A stretch of 63,425 nucleotides of DNA, filler included, from Globobulimina sp. (lineage: Eukaryota): assembly GCA_003354225.1 (NCBI GenBank). It is 37 parts of 37 records of this genome, joined end to end, with 100 filler letters (N's around TTAATTAATTAA, not from the genome) between each part and the next. Parts side by side here need not be neighbours in the genome. Positions count along the whole stretch, not along the records: positions 36,065 to 37,681 come from PIVH01014060.1; positions 37,782 to 39,398 come from PIVH01014061.1; positions 39,499 to 41,115 come from PIVH01014062.1; positions 41,216 to 42,832 come from PIVH01014063.1; positions 42,933 to 44,549 come from PIVH01014064.1; positions 44,650 to 46,265 come from PIVH01014065.1; positions 46,366 to 47,981 come from PIVH01014066.1; 30 more parts are not named here. One strand, written 5' to 3'. The notes beneath the pieces were generated by a model. It was not told the DNA's origin, ran no database searches, and was given only the letters and a program-made list of their open reading frames with translations. Numbering within the stretch: position 1 is the stretch's first letter; the number at the start of each line of letters is the position of its first letter. The position numbers were made by a program, and so were the translations under genes. This document shows, one piece after another, positions 36,162 through 48,081 of this stretch.

Positions 36162-37171
36162 ATGTTCGGCAAAAAATTGAAATTACGTAATATTATCGAT
36201 AAACACCAAGACTTTTTCGGCACGCAACCAGAACCAAAAGATGACACCCCACCTCGTCCAATGTCTGATGGGAATCTAAAACATGACGTTAACTCTCCCT
36301 CTTACATACACATAATTTCTGTCGATCATCGCTCAACAAAAACAAAAAAAGATCGCATTAGATATCAGTGCAGACGCATTCGAGTGTTTAATATATGGAT
36401 TCATTCGCGAACTAGTAATATTAATACCATCTATACCCAATAACAAGGTGTCGGATAATATCATCCGACTATGCCTTTCATTTTATAACACCGGCGTATG
36501 TACACATTTTTACATGTTTTTTATTAACACAAATTAAACAAATAATATTTGTATATTTACAGTTTGAAAATTTAACGTTTGATTTGTTTAATGATAAATA
36601 TTCCGCGTTGTTATACACTGCGATATTAAAAGGATCCATTAACAACAATGACGGCGACATTTCGTGTCATCGTGTGTTTGCAGCCTCCATTGGATACAAT
36701 ATAGGCGTTCATAAATGGAAAATAAAATATATTTCACATGACAATAAATCATTATCCTCACCGTACGGTGGTATTGGCATCGTTTCTGACAATAAAATCT
36801 TAAAAAAGGACAATAAATTTGGCAACGGATTATGTGATAATTACAAACAATTACATTGGATCAATAACCGCTCCTTTGGCAATGTTTATTATTTCGATCA
36901 AGGCTCGAAATGTATTTATAATTACATGTATGGTAAAGGCAAAGTATTATATTCCAGCAAACATATGGAAAATAAAAATATTTCTTATCAGAAAGGTGAT
37001 GTAATTACAATTATATTAGATTGCAATCGATGGAAATTAAAAATATTAAGAAATGAGAATAATATTTTGAAAAATGATCAAGAAATTAGTATTAAAAAAA
37101 AATATATTATGTATTATCCTGTCATTGCATTCTATCATTATGCTGATACATATCGTGTACTTAGAAAATAA
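36162..37171 (+). pseudogene. SPRY-domain gene with a +1 frameshift at ~36388 (pseudogene or assembly error); intron 36496-36562
   Basis: Removing one T restores LIYGFIRE...IIRLCLSFYNTG, which splices in phase into a SPRY exon (GVHKWKIK, GDVITIILDC, YYPVI). Confidence 0.7.
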
Positions 37172-37781
37172 TTGTTTAATGCGTGTTTTTTTTGTTTATA
37201 AATTATATAATCTCCATTCGTAAAGTCTTGTGCTTATTTTATTTGAATCAATATCCTTGCACAAAGGGGGAAAATGTTGCTAGTGTTTTCATTTTTTGAT
37301 GCGCTTTTACCCAAAAAAACTCAGTAAAAGTGAAATTACTACACTCCTTTTGACCCTTTTACCCCACTTATTGGAGTAAAATAGAAACGAAAAACACTCT
37401 TGTACGTGATTGGTAAAAGATTGTACATATTGGTAAAAGAAACAAGAAACACAAAACCTTATATAAAACAAAAAAATGTGATGAATTATGGGATAAAATA
37501 TAAAAATGTGATGATTGGGACTTTGTTGATCTAAAATTTCTATTTCTGCAGATGTTTAGTTTTGATTTGTTGAAAGCCCATAAATCTCAAATCCATGACA
37601 GTTTATCATATAATAACCAGTTGAATTCTTTCCTGTGATATGTATTCTGAACATTCTATATGATTTATTACAATTTGAAATNNNNNNNNNNNNNNNNNNN
37701 NNNNNNNNNNNNNNNNNNNNNNNNNTTAATTAATTAANNNNNNNNNNNNNNNNNNNNNNNNNNNNNNNNNNNNNNNNNNNN

Positions 37782-38653
37782 TTGATGATTTTATTTTCAA
37801 TGGAACTGATTTATTTGTCGATTGTTTGCTCGTCGAGACAGACGCAAAGCAAGCAAGGCAAGAATATTTATGGTCACGGAGTTTTAAAAAGACGCGTAGT
37901 TTTCTGTGTAAGGCCAATGCCAAAACAAATAAGAATATGGACACTAAATCTGTCTCAAATGATGACATATTGCATTTGAACCCGATCCAGCAAGAAATTG
38001 TGACCGTGCGCCAACTTTTAAATTTGCGCAAATTGATGATTGAGAAACCAGAGTCGCGTGCGACTGCGAGCGATTTTTTCGACAGTGATATTGGCACAGT
38101 CGACACCAATGACATTATACAAAGGGAGCGATTCGCTATGAAAGCACATCAGAGTGACACTGATAATTCAGAGGAAAAATACCCATATCAGTTACAACCA
38201 CCTACGTTAACGCAAAAAAAAACAGCTTCCACATCGCATCATACATATAACAATGAGGAGGATTTCAGTTATGGGCATAGTCGCAAATCTACCTCGGATT
38301 TGAATGACATCCACGTTGAGCTAGTGCTCGTTAACAGATATGACCGGAACAAGTTAAATGCAGTGGAGAAGATCGCCGAGTTTGAAGACAGTGAGACGGT
38401 GTCATTGACGTTGAATAGCAAGCGGCAGAAAAGGAGGCGTGTCACCACTTCGTTTAATTGTAAAGTAAACGAGTATGCAGCGGAGAGTGAGTCGGAAATA
38501 GAATCAGATTCGGAAACAAACGATAATAAATCGGTAATTACAAATGTATCATCCAATAATATATATGTGAAGGCTGAGAGTGAGCAGAGTGAGAATGAGA
38601 ACAGTTCCACGGAGACCTATGATGGCTGTGATGTGATACCAATTGCATGTTAA
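37782..38653 (+). CDS. Uncharacterised acidic protein, C-terminal part
   Basis: 275-codon ORF followed by a T-rich 3' UTR. Confidence 0.55.
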
Positions 38654-39498
38654 CGTGGATATAAATTGATTATTTCTTTGTTTTTTCGATTCATTTCACG
38701 CTTTTAATTGTGTTTTTTTTTCCCTTTTCTGTTTTTTTTATATATGATTTTATTTTATTTTATTTTGTTTTGTTTAATTGTTTGTTGTAATATTGTGTGT
38801 ATTATTTTGTTGTGCTACTATTAATTAGCTTTTTTCCCATTATTTACCTTTTTCCCCTTTAAATTCTTTGTGACAAATGTGTTAATTAAAAATTGTATTT
38901 TTAATTAATTTACTTTTCACAGCAAACTCTTGCATGAAAATTCTGACATTTCGCCATGACACATGGTCATCATCTCAATGTTTCCCGTCTTAACCAATTA
39001 CTATTTGTTTTGTTTTGTTTTGTTTATCTTATCTCGTATTTCATAATTTGATATATTTTCCCCCTTTTTGCTGATTTCCCGACAGAATGAATATCAAATT
39101 GTGACTCGCTTTGTTGATGATTTGGCTTTTCTACTTTTTGTTGGTAGCAACTCCGAGCCGCTGATTGAGGCAGCCGTATCTATGGCGCCTACGGTGGAGG
39201 TCGGCGGTGATAAGAATGGAGCCGCATACATACAGCATTTAGCATCGCCGGGAGTGTTTGTAACAATTGGCTCAATTTCTTTTTACTGTTTGCTTCTATC
39301 TCTGGATAAGTTAATTGTGCAGCTGTCGTTTTGTGTTTTTTTTTGTCGATTATCTAAATATATAACGAAGAGAAATTCATCTTCCGTGTTTTTTTCGTNN
39401 NNNNNNNNNNNNNNNNNNNNNNNNNNNNNNNNNNNNNNNNNNTTAATTAATTAANNNNNNNNNNNNNNNNNNNNNNNNNNNNNNNNNNNNNNNNNNNN

Positions 39499-41115
39499 GA
39501 CCCTTTCTGAATATAAATCAGTGTCTGCTGCATTAATATGTTTTGATATTGATCAAGAATTTAATGTTGAATCTGCAGAATTAATTAATGTGTTACAATA
39601 TTGTTCAGTTTTGCGCATTGAATTTATTACGACACAGAATGAGAAATGTTGTGAAATATTTGATGAATTGATGCAGAAAATATGTGTAAATACAGGACAA
39701 ATAAAGACTTTATTCGCCTCACACAAATTGCGCATTCCATACCCTTCAGGTTTGAGCTTATTTTATTACACTGTTTATAAATATGGTACGCGGAGTATAA
39801 ATAATATTTATTCTCTCAAATCTTATTTGGCCAAATGGAACGACAATAATTGCCATAATATTGCCTTTGCATTGAAAGCGTGTCTCACAAATTGGCCGAA
39901 AATATTTATTCCTGAAGATATTAATGACATATTATTGACTCAAATTGAACAGGATTTCAAACTCTTTTCGCAAACATTTGTTATGCAAATATTACGCACA
40001 ATTTCTCATTGCTTGCAATTTAGACATAAATATGTGAATAATTTCAGTGTTACTCCATCAGAAATTTATTTCAATGCCAAACAGTTTACTGACAATCATC
40101 AAATGCATCGGGCAAATAAAGAAAATATGTATTACGCACTCAAATGTATTGCAGTGTTACCATTTCATATTGAATTGAATATTAAATACATTGCTCCGAC
40201 ACAAATATTTGCCAATAATTCAGATGAAGGAAGAGCTTATGCCAAATTGCAATTTATTTGTGATAAATATGAGAATCAGTATCGACCATATCATTTCGCG
40301 GAGGATTCAGACACATTGGCACAAGCAAAGAATGTGTTATCCGATGGCGTAATTATCGCAGGTATAAGATATAATTTATTATGGTTTGGAGCTAGTGATT
40401 GTTTGAAGGTATCTGTGACAATGATATCGCAGCAATTATTACCCGCAGGCTATACATTATGTGGTTTGCGCATAAAATATAACTTAAATAAAATGCTCAA
40501 TCAACAATATAGAATGAAACATATTTCTTCGTTGCAAAGCAGTGCAAAGCGAATGAAAGAAAATATTTCCTTTCAATGCATTTCATTCATTAAACAAACG
40601 CAAAATAACTCATTTGATGGATGTGGTTTGATTAATAATAAATGGTTGGCACAGATACTGAAACAAAATGAGAATAAACATAATGGTTTTCCCTGCAAAC
40701 ATGCACAACTTCAGAAACTATCCAGACACAAATTAGCAAACTATTTATATGAGAACGGGTATAAGCAAGCAGACAAAATACATGATAAGTTTTTATTGAT
40801 CGAGATGGTCAAAGACGTGCAACAAAATAGAAAACGGAGGCTAAGAGGACAAATGTTTGATAATACTATGTATGCTGATCATGGTGAAATGGATGATTTT
40901 GTGTCATGTCAACCAATTGAAGCCCAGATAGGCGACATCCAATGTATTTTAGTGCCGTATCCGCAGTCAATTATTAATCAAATCATTGCAGAAAATGGGA
41001 ATGTAAATAGCAGTAAAAATGCGTATATATTCTTACCACAAAATATTTATAAACAATTGTGCGTATTTGAGCATCAACGCCATTATAATGTCCAAGTTTT
41101 ATTTTTCGACGAGGA
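39499..41115 (+). CDS. Divergent cellular (RNAi-type) RNA-dependent RNA polymerase-like protein, partial
   Basis: Ordered motifs: IAVLP; AKLQFICD; VLSDGVIIAGIRYNLLWFGAS..S.TM; SFDGCGLI; AQIGDIQCILV.P; IFLP...K. Confidence 0.7.
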
Positions 41116-41215
41116 NNNNNNNNNNNNNNNNNNNNNNNNNNNNNNNNNNNNNNNNNNNNTTAATTAATTAANNNNNNNNNNNNNNNNNNNNNNNNNNNNN
41201 NNNNNNNNNNNNNNN

Positions 41216-41499
41216 GCAGTTTAGCTGCACTGGGTTCCTGGGTAAGGAATAACTTTGATGAACTGACAGGTTTTCGAAGCGACATGATAAATGTTGAAAA
41301 TGCTTTGAACATGCATAGAGAGTTTTGTGTACTAAGAAATAATGTTCTTAACTGTTATCATTCTCTTAGTGACTATGGAGTAAGTTGTTTATATAATATC
41401 GAAAGTATGTTAAATCTTGGAGATTGGGCAAAAAATATAGCCTATTTAATTGAATCTGAAATTTTTAAACGACACTTTTATGCGCAGTACTGCCACTGA
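41216..41499 (+). CDS. 3' fragment of an unidentified ORF
   Basis: Open frame from the contig start to a TGA. Confidence 0.3.
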
Positions 41500-41901
41500 A
41501 ATATTTGTGTTGGGGTATTAGCATTTGTGTTACTCTTTTTTTGAATAAAAGTTGAATCTTATTGCGTTTGTTTGTCAACAAAGTAAATTCATAGAAAGTT
41601 TAGAGTGAAAGCGTTGACAAATGACAAATGTGGCGTCGTCTTGCGCCACCTAGCAGGACTATGAAAATCGAAGTGTTTTTATAAAGCGTGTGGACACTGG
41701 TCATCTACTTAGTGTTGCCCAAATCGCTGGATATCGATCTTCGGAGTTAAACTTTCCCAATTCGTTTCACTAATCAATGTGGTGTCGACGAAATATAGTA
41801 TAAAAGCCTCGAACCTGCGTAGGGTGTCAAGAAATAATTTATTTTTGATTTACATGTGATTCCCAATCTGAAAATAAAAGTTAAGAAAAAATATAAAAAA
41901 A

Positions 41902-41988
41902 TTTCCCCTCGCGGGGATCGAACCTGTCATTACCTGTTGCAAACGTTTTAAGAATAGAGCTAAACTGATATCACCATCGTCTCGGGGA
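41902..41988 (-). pseudogene. Degenerate tRNA-like sequence
   Basis: Minus strand has TCCCC...GGTTCGATCCC...GGGGA followed by a T-run (B-box, acceptor-like pairing, Pol III terminator-like). The middle does not fold as a tRNA. Confidence 0.35.
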
Positions 41989-42932
41989 TGTAAAATAACC
42001 TATATATTCCAATTTTTAGCTCAAACGAGCAACTATTTCCAATTATATGGCAAATTTTCTGTGTGATTTTTTAGTAAAACATGACTTTTTGACAAAAATC
42101 GATTTTGGGCGGGCAGAAAAAAACACTTTTAGGGGACATGCGATATACCATTCGATAGCCCTTGATGAGCTCTATCGACGCTCAGGGCCTTTTAATTCTG
42201 CGTCTCTTCGTTTGGGAGCAATGCTCGTTTAAAGTCGGACGACTAGACGTCTTCGGTGTACCTGGTTGTGTTGAAATCGTCGATTTGGCTCCGCATGTAA
42301 TCGGTTAGGTAAGTTTTGTATAGGAGTGGATAGAGTAGATCACGGGGATTATTTTGAGCTTTTTTTGGAGGAATTTTGACCATTTTTCGATTAGTTGTGT
42401 CGATTTTTGTGAAAAGTTGATGTTGGCGAAAAAGTTGATTTTGGACGAAAAACGCAAACGAGTGTAACTTTGCCAAAAATTGAGCGACGGGAAAAAATAT
42501 TTTTTCGAAACGAAAGTTTGGGTCGAGAGGAAGCTAATGGTGCCATTCCCATGTCTCTATCATGTTCTGGGGATGAATGGCGCACATTTGAAATAGGTGC
42601 CCAAAATGGACCCCAGGTTTTTATCGGACTTCGAATTCTCTCCCACCCCCAGGGTTGACCCGTAAGACGGGGTAGGTTGTCCAGTGTAGCAAAGTGTTAC
42701 CTCTACCCATCCACCGTGTTTTATTAGCCAAGCTCAATTGGTTGGTGCAGGAGAACATTTGAGGCTAGGTGATACATCGCATATTTCAGCCATATATGCT
42801 AGTTGGGCCCCCCCCTGGTATGTACTGTATGTNNNNNNNNNNNNNNNNNNNNNNNNNNNNNNNNNNNNNNNNNNNNTTAATTAATTAANNNNNNNNNNNN
42901 NNNNNNNNNNNNNNNNNNNNNNNNNNNNNNNN

Positions 42933-43033
42933 CAACATCCCCCCCCCCCTGGTCGATAAGTTGTTTACATTTTATTCAATTATCTGAGAAACGCTTTTCA
43001 GATCCAGAAACGGTTTGCTATAGGTTTGTCTTG
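42933..43033 (-). mobile_element. Partial copy of the MITE at 23152-23394
   Basis: Near-identical reverse complement of about 23280-23375. Confidence 0.85.
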
Positions 43034-43227
43034 TGTTCCTGGAAAAAGCTCTTAGTATGTTGTTCCTGGTGTGCTAATTAGTCTATTTGCTACTTTTAAG
43101 CATATTCGATTTCGCTAATGTTTGTATTTGAAAGAAATTTCAGCAACATAGGTGAAACAACAACAACTACTCACAATTTTAGATTCAAGGCATCTAAATA
43201 CGATTTATGGATGATATTGATAAAAAC

Positions 43228-43286
43228 TATCGCGTAGCTCAAGTCGAGCACTGGATTGATACATCCAGAAGATTCAGGTTGCGACC
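43228..43286 (+). repeat. tRNA-like element, copy C (T-arm partly deleted)
   Basis: TCGCGTAGCTCAAGTCGAGCACTGGA-TTGATACA-TCCAGAAGATTCAGGTT|GCGAC. Confidence 0.7.
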
Positions 43287-43729
43287 CAACAAACCATTCA
43301 CAGAAATAAATTGAGAAAATGAATTGGATTAAAGATGGTGGAATAACTGGGAATAGAAAAAGAAAGAAACAATTATATTATAAACTTTGTAAGGAAGTTG
43401 TTTATAATTCTCTTTTTTTATAGATATGAAGTCATTGAAGTGCAAGGATTGTTGGAGTAGTTTAAAGTGCAAGGATACATAAAAAAAGTTGCAGCAATTG
43501 TGCGAATGATGTCGATGTAGACCTAATACCGTATATATTTATGACAATTACATTCAAAAAAATAAACTATACAAACAAAATATTTTGTTTTTCGAAAATA
43601 TTGTGTGCAAACAATAACGGAAAAACATAAAAAATGAAGACAAAATCATCAAACAAACCAAGAAATTCGTTAAAGTACAAACATAAACTTGTTTTTTTTT
43701 TTTAATTTAAATTTATTAATTTATATATT

Positions 43730-44549
43730 TTAATATAAAATGAAATATAACATTGCCACCATAAACCCGATATGTCCAACACAATAACTCGCAGCACCTC
43801 CACCTACACCAGTTATAATTGGCGTTGTAGTTGGTTCAGATGTAGTTGGTCCAGATGCAGTTGGCATCTGTGTCGGAGCCTGTGTTGGTACAATAGTATC
43901 AAGACTAAACTCAAAATTACATCCAAAGAAACAATTCAACATATTCCAAAATTTAATGCTACAGCCATTCTGCTCACAATATTCACGAATATCATAATAA
44001 TAACATTGAAAGGCACATGCCGCCTCCGCACACGATGTTAAATTGGCAACACTGCAACCATCAATATCCCATGTCGACTGATACCAAAACACATCCATAT
44101 AATCAGTCAAATTATCAAAGCGTTCGAAATATTGCTCAACCCACAACCAATCCGCATAGCATTCCTGCGTAAACATACAATCCACAAAGGACGCAGTGCA
44201 CGTTTGCGAAAAGCACTCATCTTCCTCATCATTCTGACCCGGACAGTCTCTCAACACGCATTGCATCAAATCATTAAAAGTCCCGCCACATTCACCATCT
44301 CCACACTTCTCAAGCGCAATTGGAAGGAAATTATCACAATCTTTGCAGGCTGCTTTGCATTGTTCATACGTCGCGTACGTTGTAGCCGGATCCCCCACCA
44401 TTTCACTGTCATCCCACATGGCAGTACCACAAGCTGTGTAATTCGCGATATCCAAATCATCACAGTCTGCTGGACAATACATATAATCCCCTCCCATCGA
44501 CGCTATCTCTGCTTCACACTGCGTCTCATTGCCGATAATGGTATCGGCA
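43730..44549 (-). CDS. Cys-rich surface protein with PT linker and GPI-type C-terminal signal, 5' truncated
   Basis: More than 20 Cys, acidic, PTQAPT linker, GGGAAS omega region plus a hydrophobic tail. Confidence 0.75.
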
Positions 44550-44753
44550 NNNNNNNNNNNNNNNNNNNNNNNNNNNNNNNNNNNNNNNNNNNNTTAATTA
44601 ATTAANNNNNNNNNNNNNNNNNNNNNNNNNNNNNNNNNNNNNNNNNNNNTAATTAATATATGGTTTTTTGTTGTGATCTTTGATAAATCAACAGTACGTG
44701 TTCTGAATTTAAAACAATCTGAAAACAAATACGAAATGTAAAAAAGATCCCTT

Positions 44754-45815
44754 TTAAATAGGAGTACGGGGAAAGTAATATTCAATGCTACTGTTGTCAC
44801 TGGAATAATTTGCGGCAAGTGATTTATTTTTCCTTTCATGTATTTTCGTATGTCTTTTTAAAGCAGAATTGGTGGTAAATGATCGACCGCATTCATAACA
44901 TTTAAATGGTTTCTCTTTTGTATGAATCCTTTCATGGATTTTCAATCGTGATGGTGTTGAAAATCTTTTTGTACAATATTTACATGCATATTTACCTCCA
45001 TTTGTATGTACTTCATGTATATGCACTTTTAAATGACCATTTTGAGCAAATGATTTATCGCAATGTGAACATTCAAATGGTTTCTCTTTCGTATGAGTCC
45101 TTTCGTGGCTTTTCAATCGTGATGGCCTTAAAAATCTCTTTTGACAAAATCTACATTTAAGTTTTCCATCATTTGTATGTATTCGATTAATATGTGACTT
45201 CAATGAACTTCTCAAAGTATATGATTTATCACAATCTGAACATTTAAATGGTTGAATATTATTGTTATTGTTATTATTATTCGCATTTTTATTATTTTTA
45301 TTCTCATTTATATCATTATCATCGCTTGACTCCATTTCCATTTTTTTATCTCTTACAATATGGTTAATATCATCATCACTCTCTGCTTCTTCATCGCTCA
45401 TATTATTAATATTTGTTTCCATTTCTCGCATTGCATTGTTACTATTAATATTAATATTGTTTGCATTTAGATTTTCCTCTGTTTTTATAATATTCATTCT
45501 ATTTGCAATTGATGATGAATCCGTATTATTATTATTATTATCATTGAGAAAAAATGAGTTGTATAATTGAATAATATTATTCTTCTCTTTTTTATTCATC
45601 TCATCCAATAATAAACGTTGTTTTGCAAATAATTCATTTATATCTTTTATGTAATTATTATTATTATCGTCTGATTGTACGGCCGATATATTTTCAAATA
45701 ATTCAATCACTGATTGTTTTAAATTTTTATCTCCTTCTTGTATAAATTGCGTCCTCTCTTTATATGCATTTAAGCTGCATGCTAAATATATATCGAACAG
45801 AGTTAATTGCTGCAT
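44754..45815 (-). CDS. C2H2 zinc-finger protein (5 fingers)
   Basis: Five CxxC-x12-HxxxH/HxxxxH units with HTKEKPF linkers. Confidence 0.95.
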   Translation of the reverse strand: MQQLTLFDIYLACSLNAYKERTQFIQEGDKNLKQSVIELFENISAVQSDDNNNNYIKDINELFAKQRLLLDEMNKKEKNNIIQLYNSFFLNDNNNNNTDSSSIANRMNIIKTEENLNANNININSNNAMREMETNINNMSDEEAESDDDINHIVRDKKMEMESSDDNDINENKNNKNANNNNNNNNIQPFKCSDCDKSYTLRSSLKSHINRIHTNDGKLKCRFCQKRFLRPSRLKSHERTHTKEKPFECSHCDKSFAQNGHLKVHIHEVHTNGGKYACKYCTKRFSTPSRLKIHERIHTKEKPFKCYECGRSFTTNSALKRHTKIHERKNKSLAANYSSDNSSIEYYFPRTPI

Positions 45816-46190
45816 TTTTCGACTAGCTGCTGTTTGGAACTAAGAAAAGTATCCTGGCACAATTATGGCAAACGCAGTATCAATTTTTTTATTAAAAGCA
45901 ATCTGCAATCCTTGCAAGAACCAACTGAATTTCATACAATTTCTTACAATTCCATGCAATTTCATGTGAACAAGTTAGACCAGATCCAGTCAAAAGTGGG
46001 AAGGAAAATAGGTTATAAATAAAATAGGGCTCTCCGATAAGTACTGATTTTTTGAAAATCTTTTCGAACAGCTCTCAATTTTTCATTCAGTTCGAAAAGT
46101 CAGCAGCATGCTAAAAATGAAAGGAAACGCACCAGAAACTGATTGGATCACCACATGCATCCACCATCAACAACAACACAAAGAATTAAG

Positions 46191-46265
46191 TGGCGCTTAG
46201 CTCAAGAAGAGCACTGGAATTATGATGGATATGTCCAGAAGATTCAGGTTCAAATCCTGAGGCGA
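46191..46265 (+). repeat. tRNA-like element, copy D (cut by contig end)
   Basis: TGGCGCTTAGCTCAAGAAGAGCACTGGA-15 nt-TCCAGAAGATTCAGGTTCAAATCCTGAGGCGA. Confidence 0.75.
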
Positions 46266-46365
46266 NNNNNNNNNNNNNNNNNNNNNNNNNNNNNNNNNNN
46301 NNNNNNNNNTTAATTAATTAANNNNNNNNNNNNNNNNNNNNNNNNNNNNNNNNNNNNNNNNNNNN

Positions 46366-46757
46366 ACATATTCACTCATTGCAACTGTCAATAAAGCCAC
46401 AAATCCGCTAATTAATAAAATGCCATTCAATAAATTCATGTTATAATAAAATATTAATAAGAGAGAGATTGAGTTTTGCAAAAAGATAATGGGTGCTTCG
46501 CCATATGTTGATATTGGTAGAGTTTGTCGGTAAAAATATGCAGTTACCACAGCCAATCCAAACGTGTCAATGGCTAATCCTTCTGTTGATATTCCGACGG
46601 ATGACTTGGAAGATAGTAATTTAAGAATTTGTGGTATTTTTACACCACATGAACCAATAATTATTCCATAGCTGAGAATTTTTGAAACAATTATTCTGAA
46701 TTGGCTGTTATATACAAACCATAAAATGTCTCTTTCAACGTCTAGTGAATCTGTCAT
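46366..46757 (-). CDS. MPDU1: Mannose-P-dolichol utilization defect 1 (PQ-loop), N-terminal part
   Basis: SKILSYGIIIGSCGVKIPQILK..S.KS..GIS and LPISTYGE motifs. Confidence 0.88.
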
Positions 46758-46891
46758 GTTCCGGACTAGCTCACTTCGTGAAAATCTTAAAACCAGTATT
46801 ATAGCTAAAAATCCCTTTTCTACGCTGATATGAATTAAGTGACTGCATTTTAATTTATCTGACAAGAATTAACATTTTGTCACAAGAATCG

Positions 46892-47981
46892 TTACAAAAC
46901 AGATATCTTCATCGATATGACATTGCCCGTTCCACAATAAAAAACAACCCGATCCTCAACAATAGACACTCCACCTTTTATCACATCGTATTTTTGAGGA
47001 CACGACAAAGTATAAATATGTGTTCCATTGAACAAACTATGAATAAATACATGCCCAGAATATGACGGAATAAATACCATATTTCCAGAAATTGTAACTG
47101 GTCCAACAAACAGTCCCGCATTACTTGCTCGATTCGCATATCTCTCTGCATCAATGGGTGGTTTATGAACATTATCTGATGCAGTTTCTGACGCATTCTT
47201 CATCCTCTCGCCATTTACATCTCTTTCGCATGAATGCTCCACAGCAATGTCGACATATTCGTCATACATTGAATCCGTACAATTGCCATCGCCAACATTA
47301 CCATATACGGATTATAAATTTGCCACACTGTGTATCCAGTGTTCAAATCAATAGCATGCGCACTCCCAGTTAAGCCACATAATGTTGTTCCATCCGCCAT
47401 TTTATATCTATAACTCCCATCGCCGCCAGTTATTGTTGTAACTGCTATCATATGGATGGGATCCACAGCAATCCCCCATTGACCACCACCAATTACTGAC
47501 CATGGACCTACTTTTTTGGCAATCACAGCTTGCCCCGATTCCAAATCAAACACATAAAATTGCCCCGATTTCTGCATTGCCGCACCGTATAATTTTCCAT
47601 TATGTTTGTATGCAGCCACAGCGCAAAGATCACTATCAGGCCCATCAAACAATGGAGAATATGCCGCTTGACACCACGCATCAGCCCCTTGTACCGGTAT
47701 AATATGCATGGCTTCAAATGTGGTCTTATCAAATATCATGAATGAATTCCCTTTTCTAAACATCTCCACATATTCGAATCTGAACATCGATCCGCACCAC
47801 ACGCATCATAACAATATGCATCTTCTAAAGCTAGCGCTGAATAATTGCCATTCATACATTGTTCAATGTACTTAGGGAAAGTTAATAAATTTCCAGTTCC
47901 AAACACTAAAATATCATCGATGATTGCCGCGATACAAATATGGATCAGTTGAATCTATGCTACTTTCATTGTATCCAAATT
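46892..47981 (-). pseudogene. PQQ-type beta-propeller (polyvinyl-alcohol-dehydrogenase-like) pseudogene
   Basis: VFGTGN, QKSG.FY..D..SG, VGP.S..GGGQWG.AVD and A.D..TG..VWQ motifs spread over four frame segments. Confidence 0.75.
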
Positions 47982-48081
47982 NNNNNNNNNNNNNNNNNNN
48001 NNNNNNNNNNNNNNNNNNNNNNNNNTTAATTAATTAANNNNNNNNNNNNNNNNNNNNNNNNNNNNNNNNNNNNNNNNNNNN

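Noticed and set aside
42000-42832. Short ORFs in a repeat-like region
   Set aside because: No recognisable protein. It looks like non-coding transposon-derived DNA, but I could not define its termini.
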